A stretch of DNA of 64,000 nucleotides from Vicugna vicugna (Eukaryota), in contig MU058444.1 of assembly GCA_013265495.1 (NCBI GenBank), positions 1,302,001 to 1,366,000 on the forward strand, given 5' to 3'. Under the pieces are notes generated by a model, which saw only the letters and a program-made list of their open reading frames with translations, had not been told where the DNA came from and did not search any database. This document shows, in pieces, positions 51,261 through 64,000 of this stretch. How positions within the stretch are numbered: the stretch's first letter is position 1; every line of letters starts with the position of its first letter. The translations under genes were made by a program, and so were the position numbers.

Positions 51261-53914
51261 TTCAGCTATGCCTTTAAGTAACTTCAGTTCATCCAACATT
51301 TCTTGTATTTGTAGAAGTGGGAAACCCATCCGCCTTGGTCATTACACCGTGTGTGCAGAATTCAGTTTGGTTTCCTATGTGACACTATAGATTAAAAACA
51401 AGCTCCTATAAAGAAATAAGTGAAAGACAGAATTAAACTAGAGAAGAAGAAATCATTTTTAGGGCCAAATGTCATTTTTTTTTTTTTCGATAGCATTACT
51501 TAAAAATACCTCTTCCAAGCTCATAGTTATTGTAAAGAAAAGAAAGAAAAGAAAAGACAAAAAGACAGCAAGTAAACCACTTAGTGTTTCAAAAAGGAAA
51601 AATATGTGACTAAATCATAATGAAATGCTTCAGTGTAAAAAGTTTTTAAGTAATTCTTGATCTGAATAAGTGTGCAATCCATTGAAAAATAAATCTGATT
51701 ATTAAAAATATCATAGTATTCTAAGGAATAATTGTAAGTAATAACATAACCTAAAATTTTCAATTATATTACAATCTTTAAATCACCCCATCACTGGTAA
51801 AGTTCAAATGAGTTGTCTTTGGAAGAAATGGCAGTGATTATTTTAAAAACAATACTATAAGCATATTTTGAAGTATGACATTTATTATGACATTTTTCTG
51901 TTAGAACATCTGTGCCTCTTTAGGTCCCAGGTGACATTATTTACAATCAAGGTCCGACCAGGCCTAAGCGTTGCATGGAAATGTCATTTTCTTTCACCTA
52001 TGAATTCTCAATCCTGGATCCATGGTTCATATACAGAAAACTACTGACAGGTTAAAGAACCCCAAAATAGTGAAATCTTTCCCTCATGAATAATTTGTTG
52101 TAGCTTAAGAAATGTTGATTCAGTTTAAACAAATGTATCCTAAACCCAGACAGATATACACAAAATGTTTTAGATATTTTGTTAATCCAACATCTTTTAT
52201 TTTAACAGATGAGTACAGAATTAGATAGAAAATTTCCATTTTAATATAAAGGTTTAACTATTTCACAAAAAAACCCACAAAGATGTATCTCATACACAAC
52301 GTCAGCGTCTCTGCTAGTGCTTGGTGAAAGCTGTTTCAATTTCTCACGGGCACCGCACCAAATCTACCTACATACATTCTCTTTAGTTTTACTGTTGTGA
52401 AAGTAATTTAAAATCAACTCTTTGGCAAGTTCCTTCAATAACAGCCTCCTCTTTTTGTGTTCTTAATATCCTCTACACGGCAGTGTTATAAATCATCCCA
52501 TCGCTGCTGTTGCCGCCTCCAATGTCTCCTCTCTGAAACGTGAAATGTCTTAGGTTTGTAGACGGAGCCCATCACAGCCCTTGCCGTCTGATCTTCCCAC
52601 ACTAAAATTAAAGAAACAGAAGTGAAACATTTGGTGGATATTAATACTGTCAGGATTTATATTTTTGGTCTAACTTAGAGGATTTGCAGATTAAAATGAG
52701 GCTCGTGATCTTCATGAAAGAACACACGATCTGTTAATGATTTTAGGCAAGAAGACGTGTATTTTATCTTAATCCAGCCTGTAGAAAAGCATTTCCTTGT
52801 CTTTTATGTGGCCTCAATCAAGTGAAAACATCATACTCCGAGCAGAGGCATCACGGACGGAGCCCCTCGCTATTTTGTGAGTTGATGTGAATACGGAAGA
52901 GAGGCTTTGTGGCTGGAAGGCATCCTCGGTGTTTAACAGACCACAGGCTGGGCTGGGAAGTGCTGAGAGGGGTCATGCCCAGCAACAGGCCACAGCAATG
53001 CAAAGCACCCACAGAGCCAAGAGCCGAGCTAGCAGGTGGCCCTGCCCGCTCATCTGACGTCAGCTCGCTCCATCAGACCCTGGACCACCTGGGCAGGCGC
53101 CCCGGGCATCTAACTCAGCAGAACACAGGCCACACAAGGGTGCTCCAGACGAGAAGCCAACAGTCGATAAATGTGTCTCCTACACACTGCAGGTGAGTCT
53201 CATTATTTGAAGAAATGTGGGCCTCTCACTCCGATTGTGTGGTGGTTTTAGTTTCACATCACTTCCATGCGTTTTTTCAGCACTTGGTAGAATACACTTC
53301 TTTGGCTTTTTTATGACTGACCAAAATTTTCTAGGGAAAAGGGGTATGTTCTTGTAGCTCTCTTGTGATTTAAGACTTGACATGTTTGAAATATCTCTCC
53401 TTGAAGAAGTTTTGGAATAACCACAACACACCTTCCCAGAAGAAGTTTACAGATTAACCTCTAACAGAAGAAAGTGTCAGGGCACAGAATTAAGTCATTT
53501 TCTGAGGTCTGAATCTAAAGCCAAAACTATTTGTAACTGTAATTCTGCCTGGAAGTGTACACTCACGCACACACACATACCCATACAGAGAATGTATCAG
53601 GTTATGTAGAATAAATCACTGTCAATAACTACTTTAGCCATTACTCTTTAAGAGCATCTAAGAGTGAAATTCCTTAAAGATACTCATTATGTAGAGTAAA
53701 TATTTAAATTAGAAAAGCCAGCCAGGGTAGAAACGTTTTCAAAAGTTCATTTAGAATTTCATTATAATGATCTTATGATTGAATTAGGTTAGTATTTTCC
53801 TTCTTAAAATATCTGTGAAGGACAGTTTTGCTTCCAGAGGTAAAAATGTTCAATGTCTTTGTGAGAAAATATGGATTTTTTTTTAAATTTTGGAAATAGG
53901 TTAAGCTTCACTAT

Positions 53915-54070
53915 ATTCTAACTTGGGTAAGATGGTTCTTTGGGACACTAGTCCCCCATCTTCGTGGCCTGCTGGCTTGCTGAGTAAAGTCGATATTGCT
54001 TGCCCCAACAACTTATTGCTCAGTTTGTTGGCCTACCATGAGGTGAGCAGTTCAAGCTTGGACTCAGTAA
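53915..54070 (+). mobile_element. 3' portion of an ERV1 LTR of the same family as 43150-43668
   Basis: cttgggt...ccatcttc...gcccca(a/g)ca...ttggcct...agcttggactcagtaa is shared with the LTR at 43150. Confidence 0.8.
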
Positions 54071-55291
54071 GCTGAAATCAGTCCCCGTTGAGGCTGATGG
54101 CCATTGATTTATTGGGAAACCAGTTAACAGGGCCACATTTTTCTCCCATCATACTGAGTCATGTGGCAAACAGTCTAGAGTTGAATCCAATCAAGAGGTT
54201 TTTCTTGAACAGGCAAAAGATGTAATAAGAGGGTCAGGGAGCTTAGGGTGTCTTCTAGAGGCTTCTTGTGTTGATGGGCTTTTTGCTGGGTGAGAAGGGA
54301 AAACAGAACTTAAAAGAGAGTGAAAGGTACAGGGGTTGATGGTTAGAAAGTCACGTAAGGAAGGAGAGTGACGAGCTGGAGTGTTAGTGGGAGTGAGTTA
54401 GAAGTTGAAAATGAAAGTACACTTGTAATTAGATTTATGCAGGCACTGCAGTTTTAATCATGTCTAAATATGACAATGGGTATTGGTGACTGTGGTAAAT
54501 AGAAAAGCAAAAAGTGATAATTTGACTACATAAGAATCCAAAATTGTTTTGTATCAATAATATCACGAAAGTGTAATGCAAAAACACATTGAAAACAATG
54601 TTTCCAGCATGTATGATAAAGGTGTCCTAATTTTACTTAATACATTTATTTTTCAAATCAGTAAAGAAAAGAAAAGCATCCCAAAAAAGTGGGCAAACAC
54701 AGACTTAAGCAAGTCTCAAAAGAAGATACCAAAATGGGTAATAAACACATGAAGAACTATTTAAACAAATCAAAGCATCTGTCAAGTTGGCAAAAATATT
54801 TGTAATTATGAGATTTACTGTCAGCAGATTTATAGTAATAAAATCATTCTCATACGATACTGGCGAAAGTTTAAGTCAGAACAACGTTTTCAAATCCACT
54901 TTGGCAATAATTGTTATGAATGAATATAATTGCTATTATGGATTACATAGCAATGAATTCTCAGTATGTAAATCTTCACCCTAATTTTCTCCTGTTTCCT
55001 TATAGGAGATTCCTAGAAGGGACGGAGTGTGTCAAAATCTCACTGGCTACTATTACAATTAAAAGAACTATGACAGTTATCCAGGAGACCAGCCGGCCAC
55101 ATAGGGAGAGCTTGAAAGGGTGACCATACATGGATGTCACATTCTGGCCCCCAGTTTTGAAAATCAAGACACTGAATTTTCATTAGTGAACACAAGATTC
55201 AGAAGAGCAATATCAACTTTGAAAGGAATGCCAATTTATGGAATCAGAACTATTACCTTCCTGGCAAATGAAATAATCATAGTATTTGATC

Positions 55292-55515
55292 CAGGAGTCT
55301 CTACAGAGGAGTCAAATTCTTCCACCTCCTAGGGCCATTTGGCAAAGTCTAAAGACATTTTTTCATTGTCACAACAGAGGCGTACTACTGGCATCTAGTG
55401 AGGGGAGACCAGGAATGCAGCTAAACGTCCTACATTGCATAAGACACAGCCTCCCACCCCATGACAAAGAATGATTCAGCCCCAAAGTCCAAAGAGACAA
55501 GACTGAAAAGCCCTG
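55292..55515 (+). mobile_element. MER20 (hAT-Charlie)
   Basis: catttggcaaagtctaaagacatttttt...tgtcacaac...ctactggcatctagtg...gctaaacgtcctaca. Confidence 0.88.
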
Positions 55516-55518
55516 CAA

Positions 55519-56158
55519 GAACCCCAGTGTTCACAGCAGCCGAGACACGGAAGCCACCTAAATGCTCATTGGCAGATGACCGGATAAAGAAGATGTGGCA
55601 TACACACACACACACACAATGGAGTACTACTCAGCCATAAAAAAGAATAAAATCATGCCATTTGCAGCAACATGGATGGCCTCAGATTATCATATTATGT
55701 GAAGTAAATCAGACAGAGAAAGACAAATATTATGTGATATTGCTTGTATGTGGAATCTTTAAAAGAAATGACACAAATGAACATATCTTTAAACCAAAAA
55801 CAGACTCACAAACATAGAAAACAAACTTATGGTTAGCAAAGGGCAGAGGTGTGTGGTGGGGGAGGGATAAATTAAGACTGTGGGATTAACCTGTATGCAC
55901 TAATATATACTAAATAGATAAACAACAAGGACTTACTTAGAGCACAGGGAACTATATTCAGTATCTTGTAAAAACCTATAATGGAAAAGAATCTGTAAAA
56001 GAATATATATATACACACACACACACATACACATATACACATATATATTTACATAAATATATATAAAATGGAATCATTTTGCTGTACACCTGTAACTAAC
56101 ACAGCACTGTAAATCAACTATACTTCAACAAAAAAATTGTTTTAATTAAACAAAATTA
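55519..56158 (+). mobile_element. L1 ORF2 C-terminus plus 3' UTR inserted at the MER20 end
   Basis: PVFTAA..KPPKC...IKKMW remnant, atgccatttgcagcaacatggatgg, complete 3' UTR; TSD aa(g/a)ccctgcaa. Confidence 0.92.
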
Positions 56159-57319
56159 AAACCCTGCAATAGAAGCTGACCCTAGCCCAGTGATGCCAGC
56201 AGTTTATTCCAACTGACCACCTATCTTCTTTCACAGGAAGCACTGGCAGCACACTGATACCTTTTTTTACCTTTATGCTCCCTGTTTCTAACCTCCCTGC
56301 TGACCATTTTTTCATCTCTTAATTTCAAAGCCTCCAAACAGGCTGCAACACAGTTAATTAGATTTCAGCTTCCTTCGGTCCTGTCTTCCTAAGAGTATAA
56401 CCAAGTCAACCTAACGGGAGTTTTAAAGTGTGGCCACAGCGCTTTATTTACATGGAAAAGCTGCATCATAGAAATGTGACTTCAGCTTTTGTAGAAATAG
56501 TCAAGTTGACTGGATCGGTTCAGTTTCCTTCCACAGAGTTTTTATTCCATAATCTAACCAATACTTGGTATTTCCAGATTTTAAATATGTGTCAATCTGA
56601 ATATAAAGTGGTATTTCATTATTGGTTTAATAAACATTTTTTTTGAATTCTAGGACAGGTGAGAATTTTGCCAATAGTTTAGTAACCATTCTGCTTTTTT
56701 CTTCTGCAATTTGCCTGTAATATTCTTCATGTACTTTTTTTTAGTTTTGGGGTTTTTTTTTTTAGTATTTCTTACTGACTTATGGAAATCTTTATATTTC
56801 CTGGAACCTAACTCTTTTTGCTGTTTTATATATTGTAATACCATTCAATAACATTTCTTTGTGACGGCAGTCCTCATGATTGAAAAAAAAAATTCAGGTT
56901 ATTTTTAGTCTGAGGAAGTGTTTATCTGAGTGTGGTCTCTTAAAAAAAAAGGTTCCTTGCTAATAGTTTAGTTCACTAATTTCACGGAAACAAAGATAAT
57001 CATCACGTGTTTTATGCTGTGACAGCTTTTCACTTTTCATAAATAGTTTCAAATTGTATTATTTTCTCATGTTTACATACGTTTATGTCGAGGAACATTA
57101 ATCTGCTCTTTATTTTCCTTTGAATTTCCTGCAAAACATCAATTGCCTGTGTTAAGCTCATCCATTATTACTTGCATAAATGCCATTTAAGGTATTTGTA
57201 AATGTTTCGCCTAATGATTTGGAAGTGGACGGTGATGTTATTCGCTGGTATTTATCTTTGCTGCAGGAAAACTACAGCAGAGATCTGCCTGATTTTATAC
57301 AGAGATGAGCGGCATGTCT

Positions 57320-58435
57320 CTCATTTACTTATTCGACAAATATTTATTGCATTCCCCCTGGGAGACGAGCACTGTTCTAAATACAGGGGATACACTAGTG
57401 TATAAAATACCCCTGCCCTTTTGGAGCTAACCTTGGTGGACAGAGAGGCAAGCCATAAAGATGCTAAAAATATAAAGTATGTTCGCTAGTGATAAGTGCT
57501 TAGGAGTTAAGTTCAAAAAGTGAGTATCTGTGTGGGAGGTGATGGAGGGGATTATGATTTTCTAGAGAATGGCCCCCCAAAAGCCTCCCTGAAATGACAT
57601 TCATGGAAAGATGGAAGGTAGTCAATGTTCAGAAGAAGAGCATCTCGACTACAAGGCAGAGCAAGAACAAAGGGGCGGAAGCTTGAGGCTTAAGGGAAGG
57701 AGAGAAAGGTAGGAGCTAAGGCCAGAAAGATGCTGGAGGAGCCAGACAAGGATGTAGGCGCTCAGCCTCCAGAAGATGGGAAAGATCGTAGTAAGGACTG
57801 AGCACCTCTGACTTCCGTTTTAAAAGGATGACTCTAACTTCCATCCCCACAAGGATGTACACTAGGGAGCAGTGATGGATGGAGCTGTCTACACTTGTCT
57901 CCCCCCACTACTTCTTTTTAAACCCACTCCAAGTAAGCTTTTGCCCTTGTCCTTTTGCATTAAGGATGCCCGTGACCCCCGCACAGGTAAATCCACTGCC
58001 CCATTCTAGGTCCGCATCCTAATCGGCCTCTCCGGACACTTTGATCTCCCTGGTACCCTTTTTCCTCTTGGCTTCCAGAATGTCACGGTCTCTTCGTTTG
58101 CCTCCTAATTCACCAGCTCTTTCTTCTCAGCTCCCTTTGCTGGTTTCACCTCACAGCCCCAGACACTTCGTGTTTGGAATCCCAGGGCTCGTTCTTCATT
58201 ATCTCTCCTCCATCCATGCTGACTCCCTGCATGATCTCATCCAGTGTCGGGGCCATAAATGCCAGATAAATGCTGACAGGTCCCAATTTCTGTGTCTACC
58301 GAGATTCGCTATTGAATTCAAACCTCATACATCTCGGGATCTGAGATGTTCATCCTCAGCACCCGCCCGCTGCAGCCCTCTTCATCTTGGGACAGTTTCA
58401 TCCTTCTAGTGGCTTAGGCTAAAAACCTTGGAATC
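57320..58435. mobile_element. Two L2 fragments (57320-57830 minus; 57900-58435 plus)
   Basis: cttattcgacaaatatttattg (reverse L2 3' end); ctccctgcatgatctcatccagtgtc...gcttaggctaaaaaccttggaatc. Confidence 0.75.
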
Positions 58436-58524
58436 TGAACCAGGGCTAGAAGACTAGGCTACCGATATTTGCGTTAGGTTATAGATGATTTTCAAGGCTC
58501 TACAAGGGTTACAACCACTGCCCT

Positions 58525-58928
58525 TGTTGAACTTCAATACACCAGGAAAGGAGTTCAGGGTAGAGACTGAGAATGAGGCATCCTGTGCTCCGGGAAAACT
58601 GGAAGAACAAGAAATCAGATAGACATTTTCAGGAGAAGATTTTATGCACCCAGTTTCTCGCATCTTCCCATACTTAGAAAAGCACTGAAACCATTAATGA
58701 AGACGTATGTTCCTCGTGACAGCAGCCGTCTTCTACCAAGATGCGTGCTTCATTGCATGCACTCCTTTCGCCAAGTTTTTGTTATTTCCCTGACCCCACT
58801 CCCAACCTGTTTAGAGCAGATCCTCAGAGCTCTCTGAGAGGCTGTCTCCTGGGCTCTCGTTCTCAGTAAGTCCCCCAGTAGAACTGAACTCATGGCTTCA
58901 CATTATGCTTTTTTTTTTTCAGTTGACA
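58525..58928 (+). mobile_element. Solo ERV1-class LTR nested in a MER21-like LTR
   Basis: tgttgaact...agttgaca termini; tcctcagagctctctgagaggctgtctcctgggct...ctcagtaagtcccc. Confidence 0.8.
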
Positions 58929-59680
58929 CCTACCTAATGAAACTTAAATACACACTCTGCACAAGAGGACTCAGAGGAGCTTCCGGGTTGATGAAACACA
59001 GATAGGATGGGTGGGTGACACGCTTGGACGCCACAATGAAGCCCAGACCTTGCCTATGTCTCTCTTTCACTTGGCCATTTCTGATCTGTATTGTTTATAA
59101 TAAAATCATAATCGTAAACATAGTGCTCTGGGTCGTTCTCTTAGTCATTCTAGCAAATCGACTAATGAAACTTAAATATACACTCTGCACAAGAGGACTC
59201 AGAGGAGCTTCCGGATTGATGAAACACAGATAGGATGGGTGGGTGACACGCTTGGATGCCACAATGAAGCCCAGACCTTGCCTATGTCTCTCTTTCATTT
59301 GGCCATTTCTGATCTGTAACCTTTATAATAAAATCATAATCATAAACATAGTGCTCTGGGTCGTTCTCTTAGTCATTCTAGCAAATCGTCCCATCTGCGT
59401 GGGGCTTGTGGGAAATTCAATCTTCTCAGCTGGCGGGTCAGATGCGTAGCTGACTCTGAGACTTGCAGATCTGAAGCTGGGGGGTGGGGGTCGGGGGCGG
59501 GTGTGGTGCAGCCTTGTGACGGACTTTGCCCGTAATCTTTGGGGTGGGCGCTAACTCTGGATGGCCAACGTCAGAATTATACTGAATTGTAGGACACTTA
59601 GTTGGTGTCAGAGAATTGCAATCAGGACAGACTATGTAAGTACTGATGAGCGCAGACTCATGTGTCAGAAACACTGGGGA
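58929..59680 (+). mobile_element. MER21-like LTR with an internal tandem duplication
   Basis: gagcttccgggttgatgaa...accttgcctatg...tttataataaa...ttctagcaaat...gtcagaatt..actgaattgtaggacac...tggtgtc. Confidence 0.8.
58934..59388 (+). repeat. 228-bp tandem duplication
   Basis: Copies 58934-59161 and 59162-59388; I count 8 mismatches by eye. Confidence 0.97.
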
Positions 59681-62600
59681 AACATGATAGTTCAGTGAAG
59701 CACCTAAAAGGGAGACCAGAATCATTACTGAGTCTGTCCGTGTGATATCTCATCCTTAGCTCAGTTTAGTTTAAAATAAATCCGTTTATACAACAATTTT
59801 CTCTGAGTATTGAGATTCAGTTGCACAGAAATCACAAAAACTTTTACCAGAGTCACTTTTCCAGAGGATTTCCTTTCCCACCCACATAAGTATGTAAAGA
59901 GGAAGCTTCTGGGCCAGTTCGTCCTACTGCAAAGTAGAAATATGGCAGGTATCCAATGTGTGTGAATAGTGTAAGTGGTAAGCCAAGATGATGGAGGAAC
60001 AAAACCTACTTTCTAAGTCATCGGGTTTCATTGCCTACACATCTTTCTGGCATCGACGCATCTTGATTTCATTTGAACCATTTTTTTTTCCAGCCATCCA
60101 CAAAATAGAAATGTAAGGCTTTTCCCAAGAAATATTGAGAAAAATAAATCCACATATAAACAGTCTGTCTACAGGATTGTTAGAGCAGCTCCAATTATAA
60201 TGAAAGCAAGGTTTTTAAGCTTTCTTGCGTTATGAACATAATGCTCCCAGTATTTCAGAAGCCAGGGGTCTATTTATAATGGTCTGGGCCTCACCCTGCC
60301 AAATCCTTAGCATGCAAACTGCGGCCAGAAAATCAAGGCTCCAAATTACACCACGCAGAATGCCAATGCAAGTTTCTTTTCCATTTCCCAAAGCGTAACA
60401 AGACGAAGCATTTTGAAAGCGCAGCTGAAAAAGGGCTTCCTCTGGAATCTTCAAATGTGTGAAGATTTCAAATGTATTCAGTCTTGATTTCTGGACTGAT
60501 AGCCACAGAAAGCAGCATTGAAATTATTTGAAACCGACTTCACAACGAAGAGGAAACAGCACAAAAACTCAGACGACACGAGGAAATTCAGCCAACGTAA
60601 GATCTCACCTCTTTCTTGCAGGACACGTTAAGAGAGAACTCTTACCGGTTTCAAAAGAATAAGAAGAGCTGCAGTGACGATAAAAGATGTCAAGGTAAAT
60701 GCTCCGGAGAACAAAGCACTGCCATTATACCTGCAATCGATAAACCTCAGGTGGTGAAGGGGAAGAAAATGGATGGCTGGCTGGCTGATGATAATAACTA
60801 AAAAATAGAGCTGTGTTATTGAGTAAAATTAGCTCACTGAGAACCTTCCTTTCCACAGAAGTCGTAGTGAGAGTATTGGTTTTCCTACCCACGTGGTTTG
60901 AGGCCATTTCACAAACCGAAAAAACACCCAAACTCTGGAACTCGAGCTATTTTTTCCCTCTGTTTTCCATTTCAGCTATTGAATTAGTACCAAACCACCA
61001 CAACGCTCTGTTTAGTATTACCCAGGTTAAAAGCTATGGAGCGCTGAACATTTCCTTTATAAAAATATCTTTCTTCCTAGGAAGACTAAAAGTTTCCCTA
61101 GCTTGGATATTTCCAAAGTGTCCTCCGATCCCCAGATGAATTCAATGCTTTGATTCCGTATTTGCAACTTGAAAACGATACGTTAATAAACATTCTGTTT
61201 AGCAGACATCGGGTTTTTCTAATTGCAATTCAAGGGCTACATGGAGGTACACCTTCCCCTACTGAGCAGGCATAGGGATTGCAAAATCGATCTCCGAGTC
61301 AGACCGTAACTTCCCACACCTACTTGCAGGGGAGAGAGAGCCTCGTTAAAACCTCCGGGCAAGTGGCTGGAGCTGACATGGTCCCCTTCAGAGCACTTCA
61401 CCACTTCCGGATCCCCCCAGAACCCCCTCCTTTATCACGGACCTCCTCAGGATCATTTATGACTTAAAGGACAGTTTCCAAAGAAGGTACCACGTAACAA
61501 GAAGACATCAACTGTATTAGCGGTACTTCCAGCATTCACATCGCTTGTCGGTTCCCGCAGTCGGCTGCTCTGCCTCTGTGCAATGGTGGAGGTTAGAGAT
61601 TAGCCTCTCCTTTTCCGCAGTGAAACCGACCGGATTTGAAGATGATCATTGAACCCAGAACTATTTCTGTGCCATGGAAGTGCTCTCTTTTGTAGGACGG
61701 TATTATCCTTCCTGGAAGCCTTCTTTCTAGAGCTAGAAGATGTAAATAATCTCCTTTTTCTGCTTGTCCAATATCTATCTCCCCTGCCTTTGATAGAGTC
61801 CTTTCTCAGCATCCATCCTGTCACTAACACTTAACCAAAATCTCTACTTTTAGAGGTATTTTGGTAGGTTTTGCAAATCTAAAAGACCTTGTGAAATTAT
61901 ATTAGAAGACAACAGGCATTCTCATTCATCAAACGAGAACCTCCCAGATCACTTATTTTAGAAGCAACCATAAATATTACATCAAAGTTCTTGGTCTTTT
62001 CTTATTCTAGCCCTCAGTTTAGCCTCATAAATTCAGAAGCTTCTTCCATGGTGACCTAATGTGTTCTCTGATTACTAAGGTTATTGATCTATTAACTAAT
62101 CTGTTATTCTTTCAAAACTTTAAGTCTTTTTCAAAGTATTTTTGTAGCACACTTCCAGGTAATGTATTCCCATGTAAGTTGATAAAATTCAATTTAACAC
62201 AGTGTCTTTTTCTTTTGAAATATTTTCAATGTGTTGAAGAACAGGAATTCAGTCTGGGTTTTTAAAGCCAAGAGAGGATAAGAAAAGGAAAGACTGGCGT
62301 CATAGTCTTCAAACTTAGAAATGACTCCCTGAACAAGACGGCCGTGAAGAATCCCACAGAACAAGAGACAGGGATTTTCTCGTTATAAAAGCAGTAATAG
62401 ACAGGAACTCTCTCCAGACTTTGTCCAATTTTTAAAGGTCTACGTATGCATTTTATGGAGAATTTATGAAGTTCTCCCGCAAGAGGAATCGCATCAGAAA
62501 GGCCACTCACCACCGCGTTCAAAGGAGTTGGAAAACATGGTGTGTGTGGATTACTCATCTTTTTAGAGAGAAGAGGCATGCATAGATTCTTTTGAAAAGT

Positions 62601-63668
62601 GCTTGCGAGGAGACGTCTCTGAAATTTAGATATAGGTCCCCATTCATAAGTCCTCTTGTCTTATGTCCACGTTGCCTTATGTCAAACCTCCTACTCTGCC
62701 ATTTTCAGCATCAATTCAAAAGCTAATTTCAAAGGGACTAAAATCATCCTTAAGAAATCTTACCAATCAGCATGTCATTGAATTCACGATCTTCTCCTGA
62801 TTGTGTGTGTGTGTGTGTGTTTTCCACAGCAATGGCAGAGCTAAAGTCATGCTTCTGATTTTGAAACTTCTGTGTTATTTAAGGAGTTTGATCAATGCCT
62901 CCTCCTCATTAAATCAGCAAGAAGTCTTCCCCTGAGGCCAGTTAAAGGAATGAGGTTTACAGGCAAAGCAGGAGAGCAAGACTGGGAGGAGGTAGGGGCT
63001 GTGATTCAAATGTCAGAAAAGGGGGAGAAAATGCTCCCGGGTATCAAGCCCGCTTCAGCACTGAGTAACATAGGCACCTCCTCTGTTGGGCTCAGTGAAG
63101 CTGAAGCAGGAAGTCAGAGGCACAGAGATGTCTTGGAGGTGCATGCTTTTGTTCCCTAGAATCCTGTAGGTAGCTGTCAAGCTCACTTCACAATCACATA
63201 CACACACATTCACACACAGACAAAATCAGGAGATTGTGAATTCACTGACACAGTGATTGGTAAGACTTCTTAAGGATGATTTTAGCCCCTTTGAAATTAG
63301 CTTTGAAATTGATGCTGAGTAATGTGACTTTTTTTTTTTTTTAACGGCTCCTTCTTAGGATGCTCTGCTTATTTGAGCTTTGCCTTCTGCTGTATCTCAG
63401 GTACAAGGGCATTTCTCCAAGAAGTGCTCCAGTTAAACTCAGGAGCACACATAAGCCCCAGGATACTTTTCAGTATGTAGATTGGTTTGTAAGTAGGACT
63501 TTTTTTTCTTTAATTAAAAAGTGAGACAGTAACTTTCAAATTTCCTGATCCTTAATTAAGGAACTATGATTATTTCTCAGAAATGTAGGTAGACATTGGC
63601 CAGGAGGAGAATTGAAGAAGCTTCATAGGATGAAGTTTGGGGGTAACAGTGGGCTCTCCATTTGAAAA

Positions 63669-63922
63669 GACTGGGAGTTCGAAATTTGTAGATACTGACA
63701 GGCGTGTGTAGAATAGATGAACAAGATTATACTGTATAGCACAGGGAAATATATACAAGATCTTGTGGTGCTCACAGCAAAAAAAAATGTGACAATGAAT
63801 ATATTTATGTTCATGTATAACTGAAAAATTGTGCTCTACACTGGAAATTGACACAACATTGCAAACTGACTGTAACTCAATTAAAAAAAAGTTAAAATAA
63901 AAAAAGGAAAAAATAAAGAAAA
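63669..63922 (+). mobile_element. Young L1 3' end (camelid-type)
   Basis: gactgggagttcgaaatttgtagatactgac...ataactgaaaaattgtgctctacactggaaattgacacaacatt...gtaactcaatt(A)n. Confidence 0.92.
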
Positions 63923-64000
63923 GTACTTAACACATTTCTGGAAGAAAATGCTGATAATTATTTGGAAGCATTCTCTAAATTTGCCAGGAACCATCGCCAA

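Noticed and set aside
59015..59449. Twin hydrophobic ORFs (MTRLDATMKP...)
   Set aside because: By-products of the 228-bp duplication inside an LTR.
60622..60694. 73-nt segment with strong acceptor and donor on the plus strand
   Set aside because: Isolated, with no recognisable protein or partner exons; such pseudo-exons are common.
1..64000. CRISPR arrays, operons, rRNA genes, BMP5 exons or an intact transposon/retroviral ORF
   Set aside because: None seen; this is eukaryotic intronic/intergenic DNA and all long ORFs are disrupted or spurious.

Overview
Mammalian genomic DNA, very probably camelid (alpaca/llama/camel), judged from tRNA-Ala-derived Vic-1-type SINEs and cetartiodactyl-type L1 3' ends. 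The only confidently identified gene part is the first coding exon of HMGCLL1 (minus strand, 3946-4053) in a CpG island. The remaining ~60 kb is upstream flank, which in human runs toward the 3' end of BMP5; no BMP5 exon is visible. It is filled with L1, L2, L3/CR1, HAL1, MIR, MaLR/ERV LTRs and hAT DNA transposons, including a near-full-length Blackjack-type element. The most interesting signal is at ~21.0-24.5 kb: a second small CpG-rich promoter-like patch followed on the minus strand by about eight compact, mostly phase-compatible AG..GT-bounded segments. They splice into a ~325-codon disabled frame with a hydrophobic hairpin, a candidate unprocessed (unitary) pseudogene that I cannot name. 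A weaker plus-strand decayed exon chain lies at 9.2-19.9 kb. All repeat family names and protein similarities come from recalled consensus sequences, not from searches, and most repeat boundaries are approximate.
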